Shown: positions 37,562-46,785 of the stretch, in pieces
How the letters are laid out: every line of letters starts with the position of its first letter
How positions within the stretch are numbered: position 1 is the stretch's first letter
From: Candidatus Dormibacteria bacterium
Lineage (GTDB): Bacteria; Chloroflexota; Dormibacteria; Aeolococcales; Bog-877
Reading direction: 5' to 3'
Assembly: GCA_049518775.1 (NCBI GenBank)
Contig: JBEKRL010000016.1
Location: 1-54,877 of the forward strand
Length of the DNA: 54,877 nt
Made by a program: the position numbers and the translations under genes
Notes under the pieces: model-generated
What the model saw: only the letters and a program-made list of their open reading frames with translations
Databases searched by the model: none
What the model was told of the DNA's origin: nothing

Positions 37562-38475
37562 CCTCGCTGCCGGCGATGGCGGCGGCGGGCGTTGCGGTTG
37601 CGGGGCTCAACCTCGGCGAGGCGGCCCGGGTCCTGCTCCAGACGGTGGGCTGGCGGACCGTTCTCGACGTGCTGATCATCTCCTTCCTGGTGTACCGACT
37701 GCTGGTGCTGATCCGGGGTACCCAGGCGGTCCAGTTGCTCTTGGGTGTGCTCATGATCGGGGTGCTTGGCGCCGTCGCCATAATCCTCAACCTGCCGGCG
37801 CTCAAGTTCGTCTTCGTCAACGGGGGCGAGGTGATCCTGATCGCGGCGGTGATCCTCTTCCAACCCGAGCTCCGCCGGGCCCTGGACCAGATGGGCAGTC
37901 TGGGCCGGATCCGTCCCGGCCTCCTCGCCCCGGAGACCGCGGAGCTCAGGCGTGACGTCGATGAGCTGGTCCGGGCCACGATGCGCCTGGCCGAGGGCTC
38001 CACCGGAGCCTTGATCGTCATCCACGGGGACATCGGGCTGGAGGAGATCGCGGCGACCGGGGTGCGGATGGACGCCATCCTCAGCGCGGAGACCCTGGTC
38101 ACGGTCTTCACCTATCGATCTCCACTCCACGACGGCGCCGCCCTAGTGCGGTCGGGGCGGATCGTGGCGGCCGGTTGCGTGTTGCCCCTGGCGGAACAGA
38201 CTGGAAGCGAGGGCAGGGTGGGAACCCGCCACCGTGCCGCCATCGGTCTGAGCCAGGCGACCGACGCTGCGGTGATCATCGTCTCGGAGGAGACGGGGCA
38301 GGTCAGCCTGGCCCTGGGGGGCGAGTTGCAGCGTCAACTGGACGCGGACGCTCTGACCAACCGGCTGGGCGCCTTTTACCGCCTTCCTCTCTATGAGCGT
38401 CACCGGCGCAGTCTCCGGCTTCTCTCCAGGGGACCGAGGGGGGCTCCGACGGTCACCCGGGCGGAGAGGCGATGA
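37558..38475 (+). CDS. cdaA: Membrane diadenylate cyclase CdaA/DacA
   Basis: Three N-terminal TM segments, ILFQPELRRAL, catalytic PLHDGA and GTRHRAA, VSEETG. Confidence 0.97.
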   Translation: MTSLPAMAAAGVAVAGLNLGEAARVLLQTVGWRTVLDVLIISFLVYRLLVLIRGTQAVQLLLGVLMIGVLGAVAIILNLPALKFVFVNGGEVILIAAVILFQPELRRALDQMGSLGRIRPGLLAPETAELRRDVDELVRATMRLAEGSTGALIVIHGDIGLEEIAATGVRMDAILSAETLVTVFTYRSPLHDGAALVRSGRIVAAGCVLPLAEQTGSEGRVGTRHRAAIGLSQATDAAVIIVSEETGQVSLALGGELQRQLDADALTNRLGAFYRLPLYERHRRSLRLLSRGPRGAPTVTRAERR

Positions 38476-39461
38476 TCAGGCGCCTGCCGGGGTGGATCAC
38501 CGCCAACTTCAGGCTCAAGTTGATCGCTGTGCTGGTGGCCTGTGGCATGTGGGTGGGAGTGGTCTACGCCAGCGATCCTCCGGCGATCGGCACCTTCAGC
38601 GTCCGCGTCCAGAGCGGTGGGGTGCTGGGTGCGGGATTGGTCTTGCCGCGACCGATCGGCACGGTCAGCGTCAAGGTGGCGGGGATGGCCAACAACGTCC
38701 ACAGCTCCGAGGTTCAGGGGCACCTCAGCGCTGCGGCCAACCTCAGCAAGATCACCAGGCCGGGTGTGTACGAGGTGCCAATCAGCGTCCAGAACTCCGA
38801 CAGCAACGTGTGGATCTGGTCCGCCCCCGAGAAGGTCCGAGTAGTCATGGACCGGGAGGCCAGCCGCTCAGTGCCGGTTCATCTGACCGTGAGTGCGGCA
38901 CCGCCGGCGGGCTACCTCGTCAACGTGGCCGACAGCACGATCACCCCGGCCAGCGTGATGGTCCACGGCCCTGCCAGCGCCCTGGCCAACGTGCAGGCCG
39001 AGGTCACGGTGAACCTCTCCGCGGTGAGGACCTCCCTCTCCATTCCTGGGTTGGTGCAGCTGACCAACACCGACGGGCTCGGCGCGGAGCTCATCGCCGA
39101 CCCCTCGGTGGTCAGCGTGGCGGTGGACATCTCCTCCCAGACCACCGAGGAGGTGCTTCCGGTGAGAGTGATCTTTGGCGGGAGCGGTGAACCTCCCGCC
39201 GGCTACAACGTCACCGGCATCCAGCTGGTTCCCTTCAGCGTGACAGTCAGCGGCCCCGCCTCCGTGCTCACCCAGCTCACCTCTGTCAGCACCGAGCCGA
39301 TCGACGTGTCCCACCTCACCGCGAGTGAGACCGTCAGCGTCGAGCTGGTCACGCCCGTGGGCACCAGCCTGTCGGTTGGCGTGATCAGCGTTGCGATCAC
39401 CGTGGTGCCGGTGGCCACGGCCACCCCCACGCCGACCCCGAGCCCCAGCCCCACGCCGTGA
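38472..39461 (+). CDS. cdaR: YbbR-domain regulator CdaR
   Basis: N-terminal anchor (NFRLKLIAVLVACGMWV), repeated G.PPAGY..P.SV.V.GP.S.L units; directly after cdaA. Confidence 0.9.
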   Translation: MIRRLPGWITANFRLKLIAVLVACGMWVGVVYASDPPAIGTFSVRVQSGGVLGAGLVLPRPIGTVSVKVAGMANNVHSSEVQGHLSAAANLSKITRPGVYEVPISVQNSDSNVWIWSAPEKVRVVMDREASRSVPVHLTVSAAPPAGYLVNVADSTITPASVMVHGPASALANVQAEVTVNLSAVRTSLSIPGLVQLTNTDGLGAELIADPSVVSVAVDISSQTTEEVLPVRVIFGGSGEPPAGYNVTGIQLVPFSVTVSGPASVLTQLTSVSTEPIDVSHLTASETVSVELVTPVGTSLSVGVISVAITVVPVATATPTPTPSPSPTP

Positions 39462-39546
39462 GCAGACCCGCCCCGGCCTCAATGTCGAAGGTGGCCTTTA
39501 CAATGCGCGAGCTGCGGCAGCGGGCCTGGAGGTAGGGCGCAAGGTC

Positions 39547-41379
39547 ATGTGCGGGATCATCGGGTACCTGGGGACGCGGCCCGCGGCGCCACTGCTGCTG
39601 GAGAGCCTGCAACGGCTCGAGTACCGGGGCTACGACTCGGCCGGGTTGGTGGTGGTGGCCCCAGATGGCACCGCCCGGTCGGTGAAGTCCCCGGGGAAGG
39701 TGGCCGCCCTCCTGGCCAAGGTTGATGGTACCGAGATGGCCGGTCGGGTGGGGATGGGGCACACCCGCTGGGCCACCCACGGCCGGCCCTCGTATGCCAA
39801 CGCCCATCCCCATATCGACTGCACCGGCCGCTTCTACGTGATCCACAACGGGATCATCGAGAACTTCGCCGAGTTGAAGCGGGAGCTCGAGGGCAGCGGG
39901 CACCAGTTCGTCTCCGACACGGACACCGAGGTCCTGCCCCACCTGATCGAGGAGTGCTACGACGGCGACCTGGTTGCCGCCACCCGCAAGGCGCTGGGGC
40001 GCTTGACCGGCGCCTACGCCGTGGTGGTGCTGAGCTCCACCGATCCCGACACCCTGATTGGGGCCCGGCTCAACGCCCCGCTGGTGGTCGGGATAGGAGC
40101 TGACGAATGGTTCCTCAGCTCGGACCTGACCGCGATCATCCCCTACACCAAGCAGGCGCTGGTGTTGGCCGAGGGGGAGATGGTGGTGCTGAGCCCGGTC
40201 GGTCCGGTGGTGACCTCGGTGGTGGATGGGACGGAGCCCGCTCCCCGGGTGGTGCGGGTGGACTGGGACGTGATCCAGGCGGAGCGGGGCGGTTTCCCCA
40301 ACTTCATGGCCAAGGAGATCAACGAGCAGCCGGCGGCGCTGGAGAACGCACTTCGCGGACGGCTGCTCGGGGACGGAAAGGTGGAGTTCGCCGACTGGGC
40401 GGCCGACGACGAGGAGCTGCGCCAGTTCGAGCGGGTCCAGATCGTGGGGGCGGGCACGGCGTACATCGCGGGACTGCTCACCAAGTATGCGATCGAGGAT
40501 GTGGCCGGGATTCCGGTGGCGGTGGACTTCGCGTCCGAATGGCGCTACCGCCCCCAGCCACCGGGTGGTAGGACCCTGGCGGTGGCCATCTCGCAATCGG
40601 GGGAGACCGCGGACACCCTGGCGGCCGCCCGGCTGGCGCGTTCCCAGGGCAGTCACCTCCTGGCCCTGACCAACGTGGTCGGGAGCACTCTTTCGCTGGA
40701 GGCCGACGCGGTCATCAACACCCACGCCGGCCCGGAGGTCTGTGTGGTGGCGACCAAGACCTTTGTCAACCAGGTCGCCTGCGGCTTGCTGCTGGCCCTG
40801 CGTCTGGCCCAGGCGAGGGGAGCGGCGGGGGAGGGGGATCGTCGCGAGCTGGCCAATGCCCTGCACCAGGTGGCCGCGGCCCAACGCCAGATTCTGGCCC
40901 GCGAGGAGCTAATCGCCCCGTTCGGCGAGTGGCTGTCGGAGTACCGCTCCGCGCTCTACATCGGTCGGGGCTACAACTACCCGGTGGTGATGGAGGCGGC
41001 GTTGAAGTTGAAGGAGGTCTCGTACATCCACGCCGAGGCCTACCCGGCGGGCGAGCTTAAGCACGGCCCGATCGCGCTCCTGGATGGGGAGACCCCGGTG
41101 GTGGCCTTCGCCACGGAGTCGGCCACCAGGGAGAAGATCCGCAGCAACGTGCAGGAATCGAGGGCGCGCGAGAGCCCGGTGCTGGCGATCGTCAACGACG
41201 GGGACTCCAGTCTCGACGATGTCGTCGAGCGCCTGATCCGGGTCCCCCGGCTGCCCGAGCCGGTGGCGCCCCTGGCGAATGTCCTGGTGGGTCAGCTCCT
41301 GGCATACCATGCAGCCATGAAGCGCGGCTTGGAGGTCGACAGGCCCCGGAACCTGGCCAAGTCCGTCACCGTCGAGTGA
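39547..41379 (+). CDS. glmS: Glutamine--fructose-6-phosphate aminotransferase
   Basis: MCGIIGY, LEYRGYDSAG, GHTRWATHG, SQSGETADT, PRNLAKSVTVE; TACAAT at 39499-39504. Confidence 0.99.
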   Translation: MCGIIGYLGTRPAAPLLLESLQRLEYRGYDSAGLVVVAPDGTARSVKSPGKVAALLAKVDGTEMAGRVGMGHTRWATHGRPSYANAHPHIDCTGRFYVIHNGIIENFAELKRELEGSGHQFVSDTDTEVLPHLIEECYDGDLVAATRKALGRLTGAYAVVVLSSTDPDTLIGARLNAPLVVGIGADEWFLSSDLTAIIPYTKQALVLAEGEMVVLSPVGPVVTSVVDGTEPAPRVVRVDWDVIQAERGGFPNFMAKEINEQPAALENALRGRLLGDGKVEFADWAADDEELRQFERVQIVGAGTAYIAGLLTKYAIEDVAGIPVAVDFASEWRYRPQPPGGRTLAVAISQSGETADTLAAARLARSQGSHLLALTNVVGSTLSLEADAVINTHAGPEVCVVATKTFVNQVACGLLLALRLAQARGAAGEGDRRELANALHQVAAAQRQILAREELIAPFGEWLSEYRSALYIGRGYNYPVVMEAALKLKEVSYIHAEAYPAGELKHGPIALLDGETPVVAFATESATREKIRSNVQESRARESPVLAIVNDGDSSLDDVVERLIRVPRLPEPVAPLANVLVGQLLAYHAAMKRGLEVDRPRNLAKSVTVE

Positions 41380-42665
41380 CCCCTGCGGCCGGCTCGGGCG
41401 TGAACCCACCCCTGGCGGTTGGGGTTGACGTGAGCTCGGTGGAGCGAGTCCGAGCGCTGCTTCGGCGCCACCCCGAGTTCGCGGTCAAGTACTTCACGGC
41501 CGGCGAGGTTGAGTACTGCCGCGGGCGTCCCGAGCGGCTGGCCGCCCGCTGGGCGGCCAAGGAGGCGGTTCGCAAGGTGTTCGGCTCCATGGGTTGGCCG
41601 ATTCCCCTCTACAGCCGGATCGCTGTGGTGAGGCTTCCGGGGGGGGCGCCCCGGGCCCTGGTCGGCGGCGAGCCGGTGGAGGGGCTGGCGATCGCCCTCA
41701 CCCACGACGCCGGCCTGGGGATCGCCGTCGCCGCGCTCTCGGGTCGGGGGCCCCAGAGCCGGTGGCTGTGGGGAAGGTTGCCCGAGGACCTGGAGCTGCC
41801 ATCCCGTCCCAGCGACGGCCACAAGGGCACATTCGGCACGGTGGTGGTGGTGGCCGGCAGCCCCGCCTTCCCTGGGGCCGCCGTGCTCTGCAGCCTGGGA
41901 GCTCTCCGAGGGGGAGCGGGCAAGGTCAAGGCGCTGGTCGCCGGGCCCGAGACCGGCTCGCTGCCCCCGGAGGTGATCCGGGTGCCGGTTGCAGCCTCGG
42001 GCTCGGCACTGGGGCCGGAGGCCCTGGGTCAGGCACAGCTTGCGCTGCGGTCCGCCCAGGCGGTGGTCTGCGGACCTGGGCTGGGCCAGGATGGCCCCGT
42101 GGCGGGCCTGCTGGAGGGGCTGTTTGCGGCTGCCGGCGCTGCCGCTTGGAGCCTGGTGCTGGATGCTGACGCGCTCAATGTCTGCTCGGCCTGGCCGGAG
42201 GTTCGTCGCCGAATCCCGCGGGGCAGCGTGCTGACCCCCCATCCCCTGGAAGCGGCTCGGCTGGCCGGGATGGAGCTGTCCGAGGTCGAGTCCGATCGTC
42301 AAGGCTTCAGCGCGCGGATGGCCGAGCAGATGGGGGTGGTGCTGGTCCTGAAGGGAGCTGGGACGGTGGTGGCGGCACCCGATGGGAGGACCTGGACCGA
42401 CGATCACCACACCTCCGTCCTGGCGACCGGCGGCACTGGCGACGTTCTCGCAGGGCTGATCGGGTCGCTGTTGGCCCAGGGGTTGGAACCCTATCAGGCG
42501 GCGCGGACCGGAGTCTTTCTCCACGGCGAGGCGGGGACCCGGCTGGGTTTCCTCCGCGGCCGCGCGGGGATCCTGGCCAGTGAGGTCGCGGGCGCCCTGG
42601 TCGAGGTCCAGGAGGCCGTGCGGCGGCAGCAGGAGGCGACCACCGCCAGAGCGGAACGGCCGTGA
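41376..42665 (+). CDS. Fusion of holo-ACP synthase AcpS and NAD(P)HX dehydratase NnrD (YjeF C-domain)
   Basis: N-terminus VGVDV..FTAGE..LAARWAAKEAVRK..ALTHD (AcpS). C-terminus HKGTFG, GPGLG, VLDADAL, TPHPLEAARL, VLKG, LATGGTGDVLAG (NnrD). Confidence 0.92.
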   Translation: MTPAAGSGVNPPLAVGVDVSSVERVRALLRRHPEFAVKYFTAGEVEYCRGRPERLAARWAAKEAVRKVFGSMGWPIPLYSRIAVVRLPGGAPRALVGGEPVEGLAIALTHDAGLGIAVAALSGRGPQSRWLWGRLPEDLELPSRPSDGHKGTFGTVVVVAGSPAFPGAAVLCSLGALRGGAGKVKALVAGPETGSLPPEVIRVPVAASGSALGPEALGQAQLALRSAQAVVCGPGLGQDGPVAGLLEGLFAAAGAAAWSLVLDADALNVCSAWPEVRRRIPRGSVLTPHPLEAARLAGMELSEVESDRQGFSARMAEQMGVVLVLKGAGTVVAAPDGRTWTDDHHTSVLATGGTGDVLAGLIGSLLAQGLEPYQAARTGVFLHGEAGTRLGFLRGRAGILASEVAGALVEVQEAVRRQQEATTARAERP

Positions 42666-43822
42666 CCGAGACGGCCAGCGGCTCCCCCACGGCCATGAGG
42701 TCGGCCCGGCGCCCGACCTGGATCGAGCTGGACCTGGGAGCCCTGGGACGGAACGTGGCCGCGGTGGTGCAGGAACTCGGTGGGGTCCCCCTCATGGCAG
42801 TGGTCAAAGCCAACGCCTACGGCCACGGGGCTGTGCCGGTGGCCAGGACGGCCCTCCAGAGTGGGGCCAGCCGGCTGGCCACGGCCACCGTCGGAGAGGC
42901 GCTGGAGCTGCGCCAAGCAGGAATCAATGCCCCGATCGTGGTCCTGGGCTACACGCCGCCGGACCAGGTGGCGGCAGCCGTGAGCGCCCGGTTGGCGATA
43001 ACGGTCTTCGACCCCCAGTTCCTGGACGCGCTGGACCGGGCCGGTCAGCACCAGGGGAGGTTGGCCACCGCCCACGTCAAGGTGGACACCGGGATGAGCC
43101 GGCTGGGGCTGGCTCCGGAGACCCTGGCGGACTTCGTTCGGCGCGCCGCCGATTTCAGCCACGTCGATCTGGAGGGCTGCTTCACCCACTTCCGCAAGGG
43201 GGAGGACCGTGCCGTGACCCTGGAGCAGCTGGACCGCTTCGAGTCGGCGCTAGCCGCCGCCGAAGCCGCCGGGCACCGGTTCCGAGTGCGCCACGCCGCC
43301 AACAGCGCCGCCTGGCGCACGGTGCCGGAGTCGCGTCTGGACCTGGTCCGCTCCGGGATCGAGCTCCTGGGCCTGCGCACACCGGACGGGAGGCAGCGGG
43401 AGCCGATCCTCAGCCTCCGTGCCACCGTGGCCCAGGTGCGCACCATCGCGCCAGGTACAGCGGTGGGCTACGGAGAGGGCTTCCGGGCGCCGCGGCGGAT
43501 GAGGGTCGCGACCATCACGGTGGGCTACGGGGACGGGTTCCGGCGCTCGCCCCGGAACTGGGGAGGTGTCCTCATCCGGGGCCGGGAGCGGCCCCTGGTC
43601 GGGGCGGTGTCCATGGACCTCAGCACCGTTGACGTGGGTGAGCTGCCCGAGGTGGTGGCGGGTGATGTCGCCACCTTGATCGGGTCGGACGGAGGGGCCC
43701 GGCTCAGTGCCGAGGAGGTGGCGGACCGGCTGGGGACGGTCAACTACGAGGTCACCACCGCCCTGCAGGCGCGGCTTCCCCGAGAGGTGTTGGGGGACGG
43801 TGCCTGCGGAGATCTTGAATAG
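42662..43822 (+). CDS. alr: Alanine racemase
   Basis: AVVKANAYGHG (PLP lysine), HVKVDTGMSRLG, GYGDG, VSMD, GTVNYE. Confidence 0.98.
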   Translation: MTETASGSPTAMRSARRPTWIELDLGALGRNVAAVVQELGGVPLMAVVKANAYGHGAVPVARTALQSGASRLATATVGEALELRQAGINAPIVVLGYTPPDQVAAAVSARLAITVFDPQFLDALDRAGQHQGRLATAHVKVDTGMSRLGLAPETLADFVRRAADFSHVDLEGCFTHFRKGEDRAVTLEQLDRFESALAAAEAAGHRFRVRHAANSAAWRTVPESRLDLVRSGIELLGLRTPDGRQREPILSLRATVAQVRTIAPGTAVGYGEGFRAPRRMRVATITVGYGDGFRRSPRNWGGVLIRGRERPLVGAVSMDLSTVDVGELPEVVAGDVATLIGSDGGARLSAEEVADRLGTVNYEVTTALQARLPREVLGDGACGDLE

Positions 43823-43824
43823 AA

Positions 43825-44094
43825 TTGACCGATGTTCCACGCCTGTTTGGACCGGAGCGGTCCGCGACCGGTCTCGCGCCCAGCGCTCGGCTGCGTGACC
43901 GTGGGCTCCACCTCTTGCCTGATGGCGCCAGCCCCATCCGCGAGGTCCCCCCGCTGATCTCGACAGCAGTTCGTGGTGGGGGTGGGCGCGTAGCTCACCT
44001 GGCGGGTCTGGCGGCGTACCACCCCGAGAGCGGTCCGGTACCCAGCGCTCCTGGGGGAGGCAGGCTGGTGCCGACCGCGGTGGTGTCGAGCTGA
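43825..44094 (+). CDS. Possible hypothetical ORF or gene relic between alr and thiL
   Basis: 89-codon ORF fills the gap, and its TGA overlaps a CTG in the thiL frame; no recognisable motif. Confidence 0.25.
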   Translation: MTDVPRLFGPERSATGLAPSARLRDRGLHLLPDGASPIREVPPLISTAVRGGGGRVAHLAGLAAYHPESGPVPSAPGGGRLVPTAVVSS

Positions 44095-45134
44095 CGGGGG
44101 CGCCGGTCCGCGGAGCCGCGATCGCGCTCCGGAGCGCCAGCTGGGACGGGGACGACCCCATCTCTGCGCGGGGGGAGACGGCCGTTCTCGACGCTCTGAT
44201 GGAACTGTCCCGAACTGTCCGCTCCGATGCGGTGGTGGTGGGGGTGGGCGACGATGCGGCAGCTTGGCGCGTCTCCGCAGGGGCGCTGGCGGTGGTCTCG
44301 ACCGACACCCTGGTCGAGGATGTCGACTTCCGGAGGAGCTACCAGTCCCCCTACCAGGTCGGCTGGAAGGCGTGGAGGGCTGCGGTATCCGACCTGGCGG
44401 CGATGGGGGCCGATGCTGGGGGCGGGCTGCTCGCCGCGCTGGTCCCGGCCCGGACCTCGTTGACCGCTCTGCGGGCGATTGAGCTGGGCCTGGTGGAGGC
44501 GGCCGCTGAGGATGGGGCGGTGGTGCTGGGCGGCGACCTCAGCGGGACCGCAGGCCCTCTGGCCCTGACCGTGACCGTGCTGGGCGAGCTCGGCGACCGG
44601 GACCCAGTGCAGTTGGGAGGAGGGTCCCCCGGTGACGCGGTGCTGGTCACCGGGAGCTTGGGACTCGCCGCCGCCGCCCTGGAGCTGCTGGAGCGGGGCT
44701 GCCGGGATGTGCCGCCGGCGTGGCGACAGCGCCTGCTCCAGCCCGGCGCCCGGCTCGAGGCGGGACGGGCGCTCCGGCGGCTGGGCGCGTCGGCGATGAC
44801 CGACATCAGCGACGGCCTGCTCCTTGACGCCGCTCGGATCGGAGCGGCCAGCCGGGTGGGGATGGAGATCTGGCTCGACCGGCTTCCGCTCGGCGCGGGG
44901 CTGCAGCCGGACTCCGCCGGCCGCTCGCTGGCACTCAACGGAGGGGAGGACTACGAGCTGCTGGCGGCCATCTCCCCGATCCGACTGGGCTCGGCGCTCG
45001 CGGGTTGGGGGGATCAGCTGCCACCGATCTCCGAGATCGGGCGGCTTACCGAGGAGCCGGGAGTCCGGCTGCTCTCGCGGCCGGGAGGGGAGCCGGTGGC
45101 GCTGCCGGAACGGGATGGATTCCGCCACTTCTGA
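44091..45134 (+). CDS. thiL: Thiamine-monophosphate kinase
   Basis: GVGDDAA, STDTLVEDVDF, SDLAAMGA, GGD, DISDGL, GGEDYELL, GFRHF. Start uncertain: CTG 44091 proposed; first ATG is 44199. Confidence 0.93.
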   Translation: MTGAPVRGAAIALRSASWDGDDPISARGETAVLDALMELSRTVRSDAVVVGVGDDAAAWRVSAGALAVVSTDTLVEDVDFRRSYQSPYQVGWKAWRAAVSDLAAMGADAGGGLLAALVPARTSLTALRAIELGLVEAAAEDGAVVLGGDLSGTAGPLALTVTVLGELGDRDPVQLGGGSPGDAVLVTGSLGLAAAALELLERGCRDVPPAWRQRLLQPGARLEAGRALRRLGASAMTDISDGLLLDAARIGAASRVGMEIWLDRLPLGAGLQPDSAGRSLALNGGEDYELLAAISPIRLGSALAGWGDQLPPISEIGRLTEEPGVRLLSRPGGEPVALPERDGFRHF

Positions 45135-45573
45135 GCCGACCCGGCGGGTGTCGCTGCGCACCCGTTCCGAGGAGGACACCCGCGAGATCGGGCGACGGAT
45201 CGGGGAGGCCCTGCGCCCGGGGGACTGCCTGGCGTTGCGGGGGCCCATGGGGGCGGGCAAGACCGTCACGGCCCAGGGGATCGTGGCCGGCGCGGGAGGC
45301 GGGCAGGACGTCCGCAGCCCCACCTTTCTCCTCCACTCCGTATACCCGGGGAGGGTCACCGTTCACCACCTTGACCTGTTCCGGCTGGAGCCCGGGGTGG
45401 ACCTGCGCACACTGGGGATAGATGAGGCGCTCGGGGATGGTGCAGTGGTGGTGGAGTGGCCGGACCGGGCGGATCGGACCTGGTTCAACGGTGAGGTGGA
45501 GCTGGCCATCGTCTCCCGCTCCGAGCGGGAGCTGAGGCTGACGCTTCCTGCGGGCCTGGCAGGAGACCTCTGA
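45115..45573 (+). CDS. tsaE: t6A biosynthesis ATPase TsaE
   Basis: GPMGAGKT P-loop, VRSPTF, HLDLFRL, VVEWP. Confidence 0.96.
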   Translation: MDSATSEPTRRVSLRTRSEEDTREIGRRIGEALRPGDCLALRGPMGAGKTVTAQGIVAGAGGGQDVRSPTFLLHSVYPGRVTVHHLDLFRLEPGVDLRTLGIDEALGDGAVVVEWPDRADRTWFNGEVELAIVSRSERELRLTLPAGLAGDL

Positions 45574-45574
45574 C

Positions 45575-46228
45575 GTGGCCAGGGACCTGACCCTGGTGAT
45601 CGACGGCTCAGTTCGCGAGCAGCCTGTCGTGGTGCTGGTGGGTGCCGACGGCGCGCTTCGGGGGTTGCCCGAGCCAGCTCCGTCCGAGGTGGGGCTGCTC
45701 GCCGCCGTGGTGGTCGCGCTCGGGGCCGAGCGGGACCGTGTGGGCGCGCTGGTGGCGGTGCGGGGCCCGGGCTCCTACATGGGGGTGAGGACTGGGCTGG
45801 CGTCCGCCCTGGGGGTCGCCCAGGCACTCTCCCTGCCGCTCTCCCTGGTGGGGAGCCTGGAGGTCGTGGCGGCGCAGGCCGAGCCCGGCCAGGAGATGGC
45901 GCTGGCGCTGGCGGATGCCGGTCGGGGTGGCACGCTCGGGCAGCTCATGAGTCCGGAGACTGCCGGTCCGGGCCCGGCCCGCTGGCGGGCGGCCGGCCCG
46001 GTGCAGCTCCTGGGAAGGGATGGGGGATGGCCGGGGGAGTGGCTGCCGGCCAAGGCGGTGATTGGCTCGCCAGGCCAGGGACGCCAACTTCCCCCAGGGC
46101 TTGGCCGGTTGCTCGCGAGCCGGGACCGGCGCCAGGCGCTGGCCCGGATCGTGAGCCTGGGGCCCGCCCGGGTCACGGGCTACGATCTGCTCAGCGCGGA
46201 TTACCCGGAATCGGTAGGGGCCGAGTGA
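45575..46228 (+). CDS. tsaB: t6A biosynthesis protein TsaB (divergent)
   Basis: GPGSYMGVRTG motif, ..SLEVVA, DAGRGG; position between tsaE and rimI. Confidence 0.85.
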   Translation: MARDLTLVIDGSVREQPVVVLVGADGALRGLPEPAPSEVGLLAAVVVALGAERDRVGALVAVRGPGSYMGVRTGLASALGVAQALSLPLSLVGSLEVVAAQAEPGQEMALALADAGRGGTLGQLMSPETAGPGPARWRAAGPVQLLGRDGGWPGEWLPAKAVIGSPGQGRQLPPGLGRLLASRDRRQALARIVSLGPARVTGYDLLSADYPESVGAE

Positions 46229-46785
46229 TGGTCATGCTGGGAGAGCGGCTCGAGCTGAGCCCGATGCGCGACGCCGACATCGCCGATGTGCGCCGCATCG
46301 AGCTCGCGGTCTTCCCCACCCCGTGGCCGGGGAGTGCCTACCAGCGCGAGCTCACCTACAACCACGCCGCCCACTACCTGTGCCTGCGACGTTCCGGGGA
46401 GATCGTCGGGTACGGCGGGCTCTGGGCGGTGGGCGAGGAGTCGCACGTGACCACCATTGGGGTGGCGGCGGAGCAGCAAGGCAAGGGCCTGGGCCGGGTC
46501 ATGTTCGCCGCTCTGGTCAACCGCTCGTACGCGCTTCGGGCCAACTTCATCAGCCTTGAGGTGAGACCGACGAACGAGCCCGCCATCCACCTCTACGACA
46601 CCTTCGGCTTCAAGGTGATCGGACGGCGCCGCGGCTACTACACGGACAACGGCGAGGATGCCCTGGTGATGTGGTCCGACCTGATCCAGGCGCCCGCCTT
46701 CAAGCGACGCTTCCTGCGGATCCTGGACCGGGTCGATGCCGAGGGGATGGGCGTACGGCCGGAAGAGGGGTTCCCGTCGCGGTGA
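46228..46785 (+). CDS. rimI: RimI-like N-acetyltransferase
   Basis: FPTPW, QGKGLG, LEVRPTN, RRRGYYTDNGEDALVM. Confidence 0.93.
   Translation: MVMLGERLELSPMRDADIADVRRIELAVFPTPWPGSAYQRELTYNHAAHYLCLRRSGEIVGYGGLWAVGEESHVTTIGVAAEQQGKGLGRVMFAALVNRSYALRANFISLEVRPTNEPAIHLYDTFGFKVIGRRRGYYTDNGEDALVMWSDLIQAPAFKRRFLRILDRVDAEGMGVRPEEGFPSR

Noticed and set aside
43984-44051. tRNA-like start GGGCGCGTAGCTCA upstream of thiL
   Set aside because: The anticodon and T arms do not pair and there is no TTCGA loop or CCA end; treated as coincidence.
43823-44198. Possible TPP riboswitch before thiL
   Set aside because: The core motifs (GCTGAGA, CCTGA..TAAT..GCG.AGG) are not present.
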